Shown here piece after piece: positions 20,147 through 31,486 of a stretch of 64,000 bases of DNA. The notes under the pieces were generated by a model. That model made no database searches. It was given only the letters and a program-made list of their open reading frames with translations, and was not told the origin of the DNA. The position numbers were made by a program, and so were the translations under genes. Positions within the stretch are counted from its first letter, which is position 1. Every line of letters begins with the position of its first letter. The stretch comes from a virus (taxonomy: Duplodnaviria > Caudoviricetes), in the IMG/VR virus record IMGVR_UViG_3300021399_000103, positions 96,001 to 160,000 of that record; one strand, given 5' to 3'.

Positions 20147-21118
20147 CTATTTAACTAAAGTATCTTTTATTTCTCCAACAATTAGATCAATAAATTCTGC
20201 CTGATCTCTTGTTGTTTCTGAAACTTTCTTTCCTTTACCAAGATATTTATCGACAATCTCTGTAATCTTAGGCCCATTGCTTGGATTTTTTCTCATCAAA
20301 TCGCCAGTAATTGTTTGGAATTCATTCATAAGTGCGTCATAATCATATGTTGGCGCAATTACATCAGAAACTCTTTCTTCTGTAACGAATTTATTATTCG
20401 TTTCAGCTGCTTCTCTATCAATCGCCTTATTAAGGGCATTAACCAAATCTTGATAACTAAATGGAATTTCTGGTTCAATATATTTAAATCTACAGCCAGT
20501 ATCTACGCTACCATCAAGAGAACGAAGAATTAATTTTCTTTCTCCATTCACAATATCCGCACATGCGAAGATATCAGCCATTCCCTTTACAATTTCATTA
20601 ACACTTCTTTGCGCTGTTGGAACCATCTGATTATATTCAGTTCCATCTTTACGCTTAAAGGTTTTATCGGCAGAGTGTGAGATAAAGCAAACCGCATATC
20701 CAAGTTGAGTAATTGTTCGGAAAGAATCCTCAAATTCTTTCTTATATTTAGACCAGCCATTTGTACTCCAACCGCCATCGCCAATATTCTCAATACCAAG
20801 CTGATTACAAATATATTTCTCACAAAGCGCAGCCGCAATATCAACCGTATCAATGATAATTGATTTATAAACTGCTTGTACTTCTGGTTTCTTTAATTCT
20901 CTTAATACCTGCTTAAATTCACCCCAAGTAGTAATATCCTGAGCCATTACCCCAGGTAGTGCGTTATAACCTCTTTCAAAAGCAAGGATTAGCGCGCCTG
21001 GGAATTGTGCTCCAAAGGTTGTTTTACCAACCTTTGGAATTCCATATACATAGGTAATATAGCCAGATAAATCTCGACTTACTTTATGAGGTTGCAAGTT
21101 TAACAAATTTATAGCCAT
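20147..21118 (-). CDS. AAA_24 / Sak4-like ATPase
   Basis: GIPKVGKT, IIDT, ISH. Confidence 0.8.
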   Translation of the reverse strand: MAINLLNLQPHKVSRDLSGYITYVYGIPKVGKTTFGAQFPGALILAFERGYNALPGVMAQDITTWGEFKQVLRELKKPEVQAVYKSIIIDTVDIAAALCEKYICNQLGIENIGDGGWSTNGWSKYKKEFEDSFRTITQLGYAVCFISHSADKTFKRKDGTEYNQMVPTAQRSVNEIVKGMADIFACADIVNGERKLILRSLDGSVDTGCRFKYIEPEIPFSYQDLVNALNKAIDREAAETNNKFVTEERVSDVIAPTYDYDALMNEFQTITGDLMRKNPSNGPKITEIVDKYLGKGKKVSETTRDQAEFIDLIVGEIKDTLVK

Positions 21119-21130
21119 ATTTACCTCCTA

Positions 21131-22105
21131 TTAGAAATTATATTCTTCATCTCTTGGCGCTGTCATAGTGCCTTTTGTAGAAGTGTTACCAATCGCATTG
21201 CCCTGAGATGCCTTATATTCATCTCTACGCTGCTTCAATTCAGCAAGTGTATTTTCACGAGCTTGAGCTGCTGCTTTAAGATCCGCAAATGTAATTGTTT
21301 CTTCAAGACCGAACTCATATGGTTCTGATGCTGCCCAAGTAACAACATAATCTTTATTTGAACTCTGAACTTCTCTTACAGAATCTTCTCCAAATGCAGA
21401 TTCTTCATGAATATATCTTGTAATCTGTTCTGAAACAATCTGACCTCTAACCTTTGTAAATACAGGATTCTTTGGAGACGCTTCAAGTCCTACAAAATAG
21501 TCAATAGCTTTTGGATTAATTGCTGAGAAAGTTACTGGCAACATTTCTTTTCTAAAATTAAAGATTCTACCATCAATAATTGCTTTTGCTGGTGAAGTTA
21601 CATTTCCATTATCATCTTCAACAGCTTCTTTTTCTCTTACTCCAACAATAACCACATCTGCTTCAAATGTGCTTCTCTGATTCTCATTTTCACTAATAGA
21701 CTGAGCTACATGAACAAATCCGCCCTCATTTCTCTTAACAGAAACAAGTTCTTCTGCTCCGCTTCTGTCAGAATAGAATTCATTCAAGCCAATAGCAGAA
21801 TCAACTCTAAGTTTTGCGGCATTATCTCCTACTTCTGGATTTGTATAACAACCAATTTTTCCATCAATGATATTCTTTAATGTTGTAAATGTTGCGTTTT
21901 CCTTGCCGCTTGCAGTAACCGCAGTAACATATGTAAAATGAACTGGAACGATATTTGTTTTCTTATCATTTGTCGCAATATCAATTGTTCCAGAAATAAA
22001 CTCTGTTCCTGGCTTTTTAGAGTTCGGACCCGATACCTTCAATTCAAGATTGTGCTGATACAAAATACCTTCAATTCTTGTTGAGTTTAATAATCTTGCT
22101 TTCAT
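21131..22105 (-). CDS. Putative single-stranded DNA-binding protein
   Basis: Next to the Sak4-like gene; acidic-aromatic C-terminus DEEYNF. Confidence 0.6.
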   Translation of the reverse strand: MKARLLNSTRIEGILYQHNLELKVSGPNSKKPGTEFISGTIDIATNDKKTNIVPVHFTYVTAVTASGKENATFTTLKNIIDGKIGCYTNPEVGDNAAKLRVDSAIGLNEFYSDRSGAEELVSVKRNEGGFVHVAQSISENENQRSTFEADVVIVGVREKEAVEDDNGNVTSPAKAIIDGRIFNFRKEMLPVTFSAINPKAIDYFVGLEASPKNPVFTKVRGQIVSEQITRYIHEESAFGEDSVREVQSSNKDYVVTWAASEPYEFGLEETITFADLKAAAQARENTLAELKQRRDEYKASQGNAIGNTSTKGTMTAPRDEEYNF

Positions 22106-22117
22106 CTTCTTTTCTCC

Positions 22118-22468
22118 TTAATCAATTTTATAATTTTTACCTTTTTCGCTTAATGTATATATAACAGGATCTTTACCAATTTTTTCAGCAAATCCATCAT
22201 TTACCAATTTTCTTAGCGTGCCAGATACCGCTCTTGAAGAAATACCCAATCCTTCTGCAATATCTTTAGATTTTGCCATTTTAATATCATTATCTTGCAT
22301 ATACTTTAAGACAACTTTTCCATTATCTGTAATTTCTGGTGCAGAACTATCTTTTCCAGATCGTAAGATTTCAAGGTACATCTTTACATCTTCTGTCATA
22401 ATACTTTTTGCATAATCTTCATTATGTGAAATTAAATCATCAATAAAACTTAAAAATTCATCTTTCAT
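22118..22468 (-). CDS. Winged HTH protein
   Basis: KSKDIAEGLGISSRAVSGTLRKLV. Confidence 0.8.
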   Translation of the reverse strand: MKDEFLSFIDDLISHNEDYAKSIMTEDVKMYLEILRSGKDSSAPEITDNGKVVLKYMQDNDIKMAKSKDIAEGLGISSRAVSGTLRKLVNDGFAEKIGKDPVIYTLSEKGKNYKID

Positions 22469-22513
22469 ATTTTTTTACCTTTCAATCATTGTAATTATAT
22501 TATAACATAATTT

Positions 22514-23401
22514 TTATTCAAAGGCAACTTTTTGATCAAATATAAATTGATCCGCATATGGTAGTGTATGCGCCCAATCAACAAATTGATGCCATTCTGT
22601 TAACTTATGATTTGCGCGCTGGGCACAAATGCTGCGTATATTCTCGTAATTCATTGTAATGGTTCTGGTTTGAAGCCATCCATTAGGCAACCAGCGCACC
22701 AATTCTTTCCAATATCGTTTATCTTTAGTTTCATTATATTTTAACCGAAGAGATTCCAAGAACCCGATAATTGTAGCTTCTGGCCAGTAGACATTATCTT
22801 CTTTTTCTCCAACAACATCCTTAATAGATATATGGTAATCAAATGGAGTGTCTCCTGTCTCGTCAATTCCTTCTTCAAAAATTATATTTGGTTCATAATC
22901 GTCAGTTTCAAAACAATCAATGGTAATTGGAGTTGAGGCTAATTTATGCATTGTTGATGTACTATTGGCTACCGTACCGACTTTGTAAGTATCAAATTCC
23001 TTGAAAAAATATAATGGTGCTGTAATATCAACACATACCTGAATTTGACGTAAAAATTTACGATGCTCTGGACCGGCTTTACAAAGTCGCATAGCTAAAT
23101 CCATATCATTTGGACCAATCCAAGCTGTTTCATAAAAATTACCTTGGCTAGATTCTTTAAGTATTCCATTCTTAAACAACCAGTTTAAACGCTTCTCTTC
23201 TTCATCACAGTATTCCTTACTTCCAAATTCTAAGTCGGGAAATAACTTATTGACCCATAAATCTGCTATTTCTAATGCGGTTAAACTACCATCTTCTTCA
23301 ATACCAAATGACGAATCAGATTTCTTCCAACTTGCAAGCGGATTACGCATTCCTCTTAATGCTCCTTCAAAATTTGATACATATGTATTCTCAAATTTCA
23401 T
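22514..23401 (-). CDS. Divergent ThyX-like protein
   Basis: HRKFLR, STSTMH, LPNG, R..HKL.EW. Confidence 0.65.
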   Translation of the reverse strand: MKFENTYVSNFEGALRGMRNPLASWKKSDSSFGIEEDGSLTALEIADLWVNKLFPDLEFGSKEYCDEEEKRLNWLFKNGILKESSQGNFYETAWIGPNDMDLAMRLCKAGPEHRKFLRQIQVCVDITAPLYFFKEFDTYKVGTVANSTSTMHKLASTPITIDCFETDDYEPNIIFEEGIDETGDTPFDYHISIKDVVGEKEDNVYWPEATIIGFLESLRLKYNETKDKRYWKELVRWLPNGWLQTRTITMNYENIRSICAQRANHKLTEWHQFVDWAHTLPYADQFIFDQKVAFE

Positions 23402-23667
23402 TATAAATTTCCTCCAAACCCTTTAACAAAACATCCTATAATTTCTAAAAATTCATCAATATCATCTAAGTAAGCATTATTTTGATTATAGTCAGATGTT
23501 TTTAGAAAATCATAATATGAAATTATATTGACATGATATCCATAAGCATGTGCTTTTACTAACATTGCTTCTGGATTTTTACATACTAATGTTGCGTTTT
23601 CGTCCTGGCAAAGAGCCATTAGTTGTTTTGTTTTACCTGAACCAGGTTCTCCAATAATCTTTTTCAT
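23401..23667 (-). CDS. Small P-loop protein
   Basis: GEPGSGKT..LDD. Confidence 0.6.
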   Translation of the reverse strand: MKKIIGEPGSGKTKQLMALCQDENATLVCKNPEAMLVKAHAYGYHVNIISYYDFLKTSDYNQNNAYLDDIDEFLEIIGCFVKGFGGNL

Positions 23668-24635
23668 TAATTCTTATTCCCCTGTGTACTATTATAACCC
23701 CAATCAGTGCTTTGATAAAAATCAATTCAATACTTCTCACGTTCATTAAGTTGAGATCTCTCGCATTTTTCAATAATTTCATACATAAATGATTCTGGCC
23801 CAATAGACTTCATTTCTGTATAAAATCTATTATTTGAAGAAGAAATACCAAGACCTGCTTTAATATGATCGCGTAATCTATTTCGTAAATCAACACTTTG
23901 ACCTATATAACACTGATTGGTTTTTAAGTTTGTAATTTTATATATTCCACAATGATTTTGTCCAGTAGGAGTTAATCTACCTAATAAATCCATTGTTGGT
24001 TTTTTATAATAAAGTTCCCATATTATTTTATTGATAGGTTCTGGATCTTTATTTAATTTTGTAGCGACTTCTTTTAATAATTGTATATCTTCTATATCTT
24101 GATCTGAAATTTTTAATTTATAATAATCTTTTTCAGATTCTTTAAGCATATTTCTTTTATCTAAATCAATTGCGGCTCTTACTTTTTCTTTTAATGTTTT
24201 TAATTCTTCATTTACAGTATTTAATTCTGCTTGTTTTGCAGCAATACTTTCTGTAAAAAGCTTGGCATTTTCTTCCATTATAGAAAGATATTCTTGTTTA
24301 TGCTTTTCTTCTGCTAATTGATATCTATATCCAGCTATCTCCGCAGACTGAGACATTCGTTCTTGCATTAAATCATATGATTTTTTATAGATTTCGTCTG
24401 CGGCCGCAGATGCCTGGGCGCTTATAGTTTCGATGTCTGCGTTAAGAGACGCCTTTCTTCGTTCTAATGCGCTAGTTTCTGTCTCAGCAGAAGCGATTTC
24501 CGCAGTTAATTTAGTTAAATTATTCTGTAATTCTTTATTCTTTTGGAGCACTTCTTCGTCTAATTTATGCTTTGGATATAAATATATTATTATACCAATC
24601 AATGCTCCAATAATTATCGCATAAATTCAAATCAT
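23667..24635 (-). CDS. Membrane-anchored coiled-coil GIY-YIG nuclease; 322 aa with 2 TGA=Trp
   Basis: GGAG RBS, MI[W]IYAIIIGAL TM helix; GIYKITN..YIGQS; readthrough restores LNEREKY[W]IDFYQS..GYN. Confidence 0.85.
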
Positions 24636-24707
24636 TATTTTCTCCTTAAAAAAGAAGGGGTAGATTAGTAATTACCTACCCCAGTATTTTTACAAAATTA
24701 ACTCAGA

Positions 24708-24970
24708 TTACTCAGCGTCAGCATCTGGGTCAAAGTCTAAGCCTTCCTTAGTAAGACTTAGAAGCTTGATTGCCTTATGAGAACCATCATCAAGTTCAAT
24801 TTCTGCAGGTGTTCTAACACCAAGTCCCTTACGCTGAATAGCAGAGGTAAAGATACCATCTACGCTTCTCTTTTCAAGTCCGAGTGCAGCAGCAACATCA
24901 GCAGCTGTCAAATCTTCACCATTGTGTTCCTTGAGATACATTAATACTTTCTTTGAATTTTCTTTCATCA
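24708..24970 (-). CDS. HTH DNA-binding protein
   Basis: AAGGAG RBS before MMKEN; TAADVAAALGLEKRSV. Confidence 0.7.
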
Positions 24971-25037
24971 TAATCTTTTTTCTCCTTATTTCTTTCTTTA
25001 TGTAAAAATTATACCACAAATGTTTTTATTAAGTCAA

Positions 25038-25232
25038 TTATTTTTTTAAAATTTTTTGAACCATATCATCTATATCCATCATATCTTCTAAACTTAAATT
25101 ATATTTAGATGTTAGATTTATGATTTCTTCTTCCGCAGATTCTATTGATTCTTTATTTCGACCATTTTGAATAATCCGCTCTGCTGCCGCTATTCTCCTA
25201 GCTATTTTCTTTTTTAATGACTCACTTGCCAT
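25038..25232 (-). CDS. Hypothetical protein
   Basis: ORF track, RBS. Confidence 0.6.
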   Translation of the reverse strand: MASESLKKKIARRIAAAERIIQNGRNKESIESAEEEIINLTSKYNLSLEDMMDIDDMVQKILKK

Positions 25233-25280
25233 ATATTTGTTCCTTAATTTTTACAATTATATTATACATAAAATTTTTCT

Positions 25281-27236
25281 TTAAAGCAAGAATTTCTGAA
25301 TAAATTCTTCCTCAGTAATAATCGGCACGCCCAATCTTTTCGCAGTAAGATTTTTGGATGAGGTGCTTGTGTTATCGTTATTGATTAGATAACTTGTTTT
25401 TGCAGAAACAGCACTTGAAACTCTACCACCCCTGGATTCAATTTCAGACTGAAGTGCCGCTCTGTTTTTATACTGTTTTAATGAACCAGTGATTACGACT
25501 ACAATATCTTTTAAATTATCTAAATTATCTTCTTTTGCGGACGCAGGCCACTTTTCTAATGCCGCACCAGCCAAAATAGCTTCACCATAATCAAAGTTTA
25601 GGATTGAGCCTACTCGTTCTGGGCCAAAACCATCAATAGCATAAAAATCAAAGTCAGACCCCTCTTCAGTTGCATGTACAAAAGATGGAAAATCTTTGAA
25701 ATGTTTAGCCAATTCTTTTGCCTGACTCAAACCAATTAATGGTATTCCAATGGCAGAAATATATCTTTCTAATGGAATATCTGAAGTTCTGATATTTTCA
25801 ATCGCTTCAAGAATATTGTCTACAGATTTAATCCCAAAACCAGGTTTTGAAACCCACTCATCTCTATGATATTTTAACTCAAAAATATCGTGAAATTCTT
25901 TTACCCAATCCCAATCAATTAATTTTTCAAGAGTTGCTTTAGAAAGACCTTTAATATCTAAGCCTTTCTTGCCGCAAAAATGATCTAAACGATTAATTAA
26001 TTTACCAGAACAATTTGGATTTTCACAAACTAAAGTAATAGAATCAGTTCCATGCTCGTATAATGGTTCTCCGCAAATAGGACAAACCCAAGGCTGGCTA
26101 ATGTATGATTTTGTATACTCATCATCTTCTTCCGCTGATAAAATTTGCGGAATTATCATATTCGCCTTAAAAATTTTAATTTTTTGACCAACCCAGCTAT
26201 TACCGTGTAAAACACTATGCATTATACTTAAATTATGTAGTGAAGCACGTTCAATTATAGATCCATCTAATTCAACAGGTTCAAATACCGCAACAGGAGT
26301 TAAAACTCCAGTTCTACCCATAGTCCATTGAATATCTTGTAGTTTTGTTTCAACAGTTTCTACTTCTGGTTTCCAAGCAATTCCATTTCTAAAATGGTGG
26401 GATGTTTGTCCTAAAGAATTTCCATATTCAGTATCATTAAATTTCCATACAACACCATCGCAAGGATATTCATCTTTAAAAGACATAATTATACTATTTG
26501 TTGATTTAATTTCATCAACTGGTATATCAGTAATAAAATAAACTGTTTCAAACCCATAAGACTGAACTTCAATTAATTTTTCACTTAACAGCTTATAGTC
26601 ACTACCAACAATAACATCCCAAGCAATAAAAGACAATTTTCTTTCTTCTACTAACTGAGTGTCAAGAACATTTAATGCTCCTGCTGCCGCATTTCTTGGA
26701 TTTTTAAACTCATTATTTTTATTGATTTCTTCAAAATCAGAAACTTTAATTATAGCCTCTCCATCAATAATGAATTCATTTTTATATGGAATTTCTAATG
26801 GAACGTTTTGGAATTGCTTAATATGCTCAGTAATATCAGTGCCTTCAACTCCATTACCGCGGGTGTTTGCGGAAATCAATTTACCATTATTATATTTGAT
26901 GCGGACTGATAAACCATCAAGCTTTATCATAGCAATCATTTCTTGACCATTCGCAAAATCCGCAACCTCCTCGTCGGAGTGGCACTTATCTAAACTAAGC
27001 ATTGGTTTTGGCGTAATAGGAATTTTTTTAAGGAAGGGTAAAGTTGCAGTTCCTACTTGTTGCGTTGGACTATTGGATAAAATTATATTATTTTTATTCT
27101 CAAATGCGGAAAGCTCCTCTAATTTTAAATCATATTCTTGATCACTCATTATAGGACTATCAGAATTATAATACGCATCAGAAGCTTTGTTTAATTGATT
27201 TATTAAATCTGAGTATTCTTGAATATTACGCAACAT
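25281..27236 (-). CDS. ligA: NAD-dependent DNA ligase
   Basis: KLDG, TRGNG, NPRNAAAG, GRTG, Zn finger, BRCT. Confidence 0.96.
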   Translation of the reverse strand: MLRNIQEYSDLINQLNKASDAYYNSDSPIMSDQEYDLKLEELSAFENKNNIILSNSPTQQVGTATLPFLKKIPITPKPMLSLDKCHSDEEVADFANGQEMIAMIKLDGLSVRIKYNNGKLISANTRGNGVEGTDITEHIKQFQNVPLEIPYKNEFIIDGEAIIKVSDFEEINKNNEFKNPRNAAAGALNVLDTQLVEERKLSFIAWDVIVGSDYKLLSEKLIEVQSYGFETVYFITDIPVDEIKSTNSIIMSFKDEYPCDGVVWKFNDTEYGNSLGQTSHHFRNGIAWKPEVETVETKLQDIQWTMGRTGVLTPVAVFEPVELDGSIIERASLHNLSIMHSVLHGNSWVGQKIKIFKANMIIPQILSAEEDDEYTKSYISQPWVCPICGEPLYEHGTDSITLVCENPNCSGKLINRLDHFCGKKGLDIKGLSKATLEKLIDWDWVKEFHDIFELKYHRDEWVSKPGFGIKSVDNILEAIENIRTSDIPLERYISAIGIPLIGLSQAKELAKHFKDFPSFVHATEEGSDFDFYAIDGFGPERVGSILNFDYGEAILAGAALEKWPASAKEDNLDNLKDIVVVITGSLKQYKNRAALQSEIESRGGRVSSAVSAKTSYLINNDNTSTSSKNLTAKRLGVPIITEEEFIQKFLL

Positions 27237-27287
27237 TTTTTCTATTCCTTTCTTACAACCAATTATATTATATCATAATTATTTTAT

Positions 27288-28430
27288 TTAATCAAATCAT
27301 TCTATTTTTGAACCATTAATTTGTGTTGATTTTCTTTTTTTCGCTTGATGAACAGCTTGTCTTGAAACCCCTAAATATCTACCAGCTTCTGAAAAAGAAT
27401 CAAACGGTATTTCATCTATAATACAGATAAATGGTACTTCTATTTCTTCTAATGGTTCATCTGTATAATACAAAAAGTATTTACTTTTATAACGAGTTTT
27501 TTCTCTTAAAGCCTTTTGGATTCCAGTGGTTTTGAATCCTTCTAATTGGATATCTTTTACTGTTTTATAAGTAGATTCCAATTCGCCGCCTGCGTTATAT
27601 ACAGCAATAAAACCTTTTGGATTTCCTATATACTCACCCCTTCGCTGAAGCGTTCTCAATGTAAATAACCGCTCATTTGGAGTGTAATAATACATAGGTG
27701 GTTTTTTATGTTCTATAGAATAGTTATTAAATACGTCATCATTTTGTTTATAAATTTTTATTTTTGTACATATTGGATATTCATTATTTGGTTTTGGATA
27801 TTCTAAAATATCAGAAGCAGGTGTTAAAGTTTTATCTAAACGTAATATATAAATAAATTGTTTAGTTCATGTTTTTCTAACATCTGAATATAAACTGCAT
27901 ATGCCTTCTGTAAATGGAATTGATTCAGGGCAATTATGCTTATATAAATACCATAAAGTTGTTAAGTGACGTTCTTGCCCATCCAATAGCCAAAATCCTT
28001 CAGAAATAAAATATCCTAAATATTCTCAATTTGTTGCTTGATAAATATATCCATAATTACCTTCTTTGCGGCCGGAGTAAGAAACTAGTAACCGCACATT
28101 TGGGCGGTATTTTTTTATTCATTTAATACCAAGAGAAATAGCTTGTGATTCTGAATTTTTCCCTTCTGAATCAGCCATACAAAATCTATTTAATTCAAGG
28201 TATTCTGATTTTTCTATTGGTTCTTTAACATATCTATCAAGTTTAATTTTTTCTTGAAAAGAACAACCTCATTGGAGTACTCCTACTAAAAGATTATCTT
28301 CTTTTCGGAATACTCCAAGATTAAGAATTGCTTTTTTAAATCCTACCCCAGAATAATGTCAAGCAGATGTAAATTGATATGCTTTTGACGAGTTTATCTG
28401 GTCTATAAAATATCTTTTATTTTCAATCAT
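27288..28430 (-). CDS. Mom-like (Mu adenine-modification, GNAT fold) protein fused to a C-terminal NUMOD/HTH domain; 380 aa with 6 TGA=Trp
   Basis: [W]HYS, LELNRF, NSESQAIS, LLVSYS, GYIYQATN[W]EYLG; ATG 2 nt after the gyrA stop; same frame as track ORF 27297..27695. Confidence 0.8.
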
Positions 28431-28432
28431 AA

Positions 28433-30754
28433 TTATACCTTTGATACTGATTGTATCTTATCTTTTAATGTGATATTACCTGCGGCGGTGCGTCCTAAAA
28501 GCGGAATATCTTTCGCTGAAATACAGATTGATTTAGAACTACCAACTACCAATACCTGGTCTTCATCGCTTAATAAAGCGGCTGCCGCAACTTCATCATT
28601 AGATTTATAACAAATAATACCTTTACCACCACGTTTCTGTAAGACAAGATCATTTGGTGAAATTTTCTTACTGAAACCTGATGTTGAAAATATGCCAAGT
28701 GTATCATTACTATCTCTAACGACCAATGTAGCAATTACTTCATCATCATCATTGAGATTTATACCTTTTACGCCAGAAGTAGTTCTTGAAGTTGCTGAAA
28801 TCTCTGTTGAATTGAACTTAATACACATACCTTTCTTAGTAATAAGAATTATTGGTTCATCTTTAATTAAAGATACGCTGGCTAAGTTATCACCTTCTCT
28901 TAATGTGATTGCGGCGATACCTGTTTTCTTTTTTGTCTTTGTGTATTCTTCTAATGAAGTTTTCTTTACTAACCCATTTTTTGTTGTAAACAAGACATAT
29001 TTTGCGTCAGTATCTCTATAAATTGAATAGATTACTGTTGGATTTTCGTTTGGTTGCATTTGAATTAGATTTTTAACAGAAATGCCTTTTGTTGTATTTG
29101 TTCCCCCAGGAATTGAATCTACAATTAAACGATACATGTTACCTTTATCTGAAAATACCATAAGAGAATCAACTGTATTTGTACGAATCACCGCATTTAC
29201 AATATCATCAGTTGTTTTAACTCCCTTGCCACCTCTGCGTTGTGTGCGGAATGAAGTTGCTGGAACTCGTTTAATCAAACCAGAATCAGTCATAATAACA
29301 ACAACCTTCTCTGGTTCAACAAATTGAATTTCTTTATCCTCTTTTTTAATTTCAATTTGTGTTAATTCAGTTCTACGAGCATCTCCATATTTTTTAACAA
29401 GTGAAGCTAATACAATTTTAACTGTTTTATATTGTGCTTCTGTATTATTTAACCAATTTGTAATTTCTTCAATATTTGAAATTAACTGTTTTTCTTCATC
29501 CTGTATTTCAACTTTTTCCAAGTTGGCTAAGCTACTTAATCTCATTGCGAGAATTGCTTTTGCTTGTTCCTCTGAAAAGTTATATTTTTTGATTAACTCT
29601 TCTTTAGCACTTGCCGCAGAAGCTGATTTTCTAATTAATGCAACAATATTGTCAATATCTTCAAGAGCTTTTAATAAACCTTCAACAATATGTAGTCTTG
29701 CTTTAGCTTTATTTAAATCAAATTCTTTTTCTCTTTTCAAACAATTTAAAGCATTGTTTACATAAATTTCACAGCAATCTTTAAGATTTAACTCTGTTGG
29801 AGTTTTACCTACAAGCGCAACTTGATTATATGAGAAACTTGATTGAAGGTTTGTTTTAGCGAATAGCTGATTGGCTATATAATCAGAATTTCTATCACAC
29901 TCAACTACAATTCTAACACCTTTTTTATTAGTTTCATCTCTTACATCAGTAATTCCTTCGATTTCTTCAGCAACTTCACCAATTTCCGCAATTAAAGATT
30001 CTACGTTTGTTCCATAAGGAATTTCATAAAATATAAGATTATTTTTTTCTTTCTTATACTTCGCCCTAATTTTAACTGAACCATGACCTGTTTTCATAAT
30101 GGCTGGAATATCGTTTTTATTGATGATAATTCCACCTGTTGGAAAGTCCGGGCCAGGTAATGTTGGCTCTTTACCATCAATATAATCGTTAATTGCTTGC
30201 GCAACTTCAATTAAATTATGCGGCGCCCAAGAGCAAGCTAAAGCTACACCAATTCCACTATTTGGATTACAAAGAAGATTTGGAAAATAAGATGGAAGAA
30301 CTACTGGTTCTTTATCTAATTCATCATATGTAGGGACAAAATCAACATTATTCTTCTTTAATCCTTGTAACAATCCATCTTCTGAAATTTTTGCAAGTCT
30401 TGCTTCTGTATAACGTGCGGCCGCAGGGCCATCTCCGACGATATTACCATTACTTCCATGCCAGTCAATAAGAGGATAACGCATAATCCAATCCTGAGAA
30501 AGTCGAGCCATTGCGCCATAAATTGAACTGTCACCATGCGGGTGTAATTTACCCATTACATCGCCTACAATACGAGCAGCTTTAACGTGCGGCTTTGAAT
30601 ACGTGCGCCCCTCCATAAGACAAGAATATAAAATACGTTTTGCTACTGGTTTTAACCCATCTACGGCACTGGGGATGGCACGATCGGAATTAACGGCATA
30701 CGCATATTCAATAAAATTAGTATGTAATTCATTATAAATATCGTTATTTTGCAT
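28433..30754 (-). CDS. gyrA: Type IIA topoisomerase subunit A
   Basis: DGLKP, HPHGD, AARYTEAR, GyrA box QRRGGKG. Confidence 0.95.
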   Translation of the reverse strand: MQNNDIYNELHTNFIEYAYAVNSDRAIPSAVDGLKPVAKRILYSCLMEGRTYSKPHVKAARIVGDVMGKLHPHGDSSIYGAMARLSQDWIMRYPLIDWHGSNGNIVGDGPAAARYTEARLAKISEDGLLQGLKKNNVDFVPTYDELDKEPVVLPSYFPNLLCNPNSGIGVALACSWAPHNLIEVAQAINDYIDGKEPTLPGPDFPTGGIIINKNDIPAIMKTGHGSVKIRAKYKKEKNNLIFYEIPYGTNVESLIAEIGEVAEEIEGITDVRDETNKKGVRIVVECDRNSDYIANQLFAKTNLQSSFSYNQVALVGKTPTELNLKDCCEIYVNNALNCLKREKEFDLNKAKARLHIVEGLLKALEDIDNIVALIRKSASAASAKEELIKKYNFSEEQAKAILAMRLSSLANLEKVEIQDEEKQLISNIEEITNWLNNTEAQYKTVKIVLASLVKKYGDARRTELTQIEIKKEDKEIQFVEPEKVVVIMTDSGLIKRVPATSFRTQRRGGKGVKTTDDIVNAVIRTNTVDSLMVFSDKGNMYRLIVDSIPGGTNTTKGISVKNLIQMQPNENPTVIYSIYRDTDAKYVLFTTKNGLVKKTSLEEYTKTKKKTGIAAITLREGDNLASVSLIKDEPIILITKKGMCIKFNSTEISATSRTTSGVKGINLNDDDEVIATLVVRDSNDTLGIFSTSGFSKKISPNDLVLQKRGGKGIICYKSNDEVAAAALLSDEDQVLVVGSSKSICISAKDIPLLGRTAAGNITLKDKIQSVSKV

Positions 30755-30992
30755 TAATTAACTCCTCTCCATTAATTATTAATAATTTAATTTGATTAGA
30801 ATAAAATTCTAAATAGGTATTGGGTTTATGATATTTTTCTAATAGTGAGATTCCTTTTTGAATATTGTTAATTCCAATATTGATATTACAAAAATCACAA
30901 TGAATATGCCAAGGCGTTCTACCCCATTCGTCTAAACAAATATAACATTCATTTCCACAATTTGGACAGACTATTATTTTTTTATTTTGCAT
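30744..30992 (-). CDS. Small Zn-ribbon protein
   Basis: CPNC..CDFC. Confidence 0.6.
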   Translation of the reverse strand: MQNKKIIVCPNCGNECYICLDEWGRTPWHIHCDFCNINIGINNIQKGISLLEKYHKPNTYLEFYSNQIKLLIINGEELINAK

Positions 30993-31212
30993 TAACTACC
31001 TCTAGTTTATCCCAGGTTGTGACATAAACTCTATTGTTCCATAATACTCTAACATAATATCCATAAAAATTGTAAAATTCATTTACATATTCTACAATTT
31101 CATGAGCGGGAATATTTGGATATTTTAATGCTGCTTGAGTCATAAAATCTTCGTCATATATTTCTCTCAATGTTCTTAATTTTACATTATTCATGCCATA
31201 CTTCCTCATCAT
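30982..31212 (-). CDS. Hypothetical protein
   Basis: ORF track, operon packing. Confidence 0.55.
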   Translation of the reverse strand: MMRKYGMNNVKLRTLREIYDEDFMTQAALKYPNIPAHEIVEYVNEFYNFYGYYVRVLWNNRVYVTTWDKLEVVNAK

Positions 31213-31486
31213 TATATATTGAATCTTTAAATCTATAATTTTTCCAATGATATAATTTCATTAAAGCTATATATCTGCCAAATATATTTCTATTTGAATA
31301 ATAATTTTTTAAATTATCCCAACAGAATTTTATATAAGGATAATCACCCAGTTTTAATAATGGAATAAAAGTATCTGGATTATTTTCATCAATTACCTGT
31401 TTTACAATTTTCTTTGGTAAATAAAAATCTCCATCTCTATCTTTGTACCAAGTTTCATTATTCGGCGTTATATAATCCCGCTTCAT
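31187..31486 (-). CDS. Hypothetical protein
   Basis: ORF track, AAGGAG RBS. Confidence 0.6.
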   Translation of the reverse strand: MKRDYITPNNETWYKDRDGDFYLPKKIVKQVIDENNPDTFIPLLKLGDYPYIKFCWDNLKNYYSNRNIFGRYIALMKLYHWKNYRFKDSIYNDEEVWHE

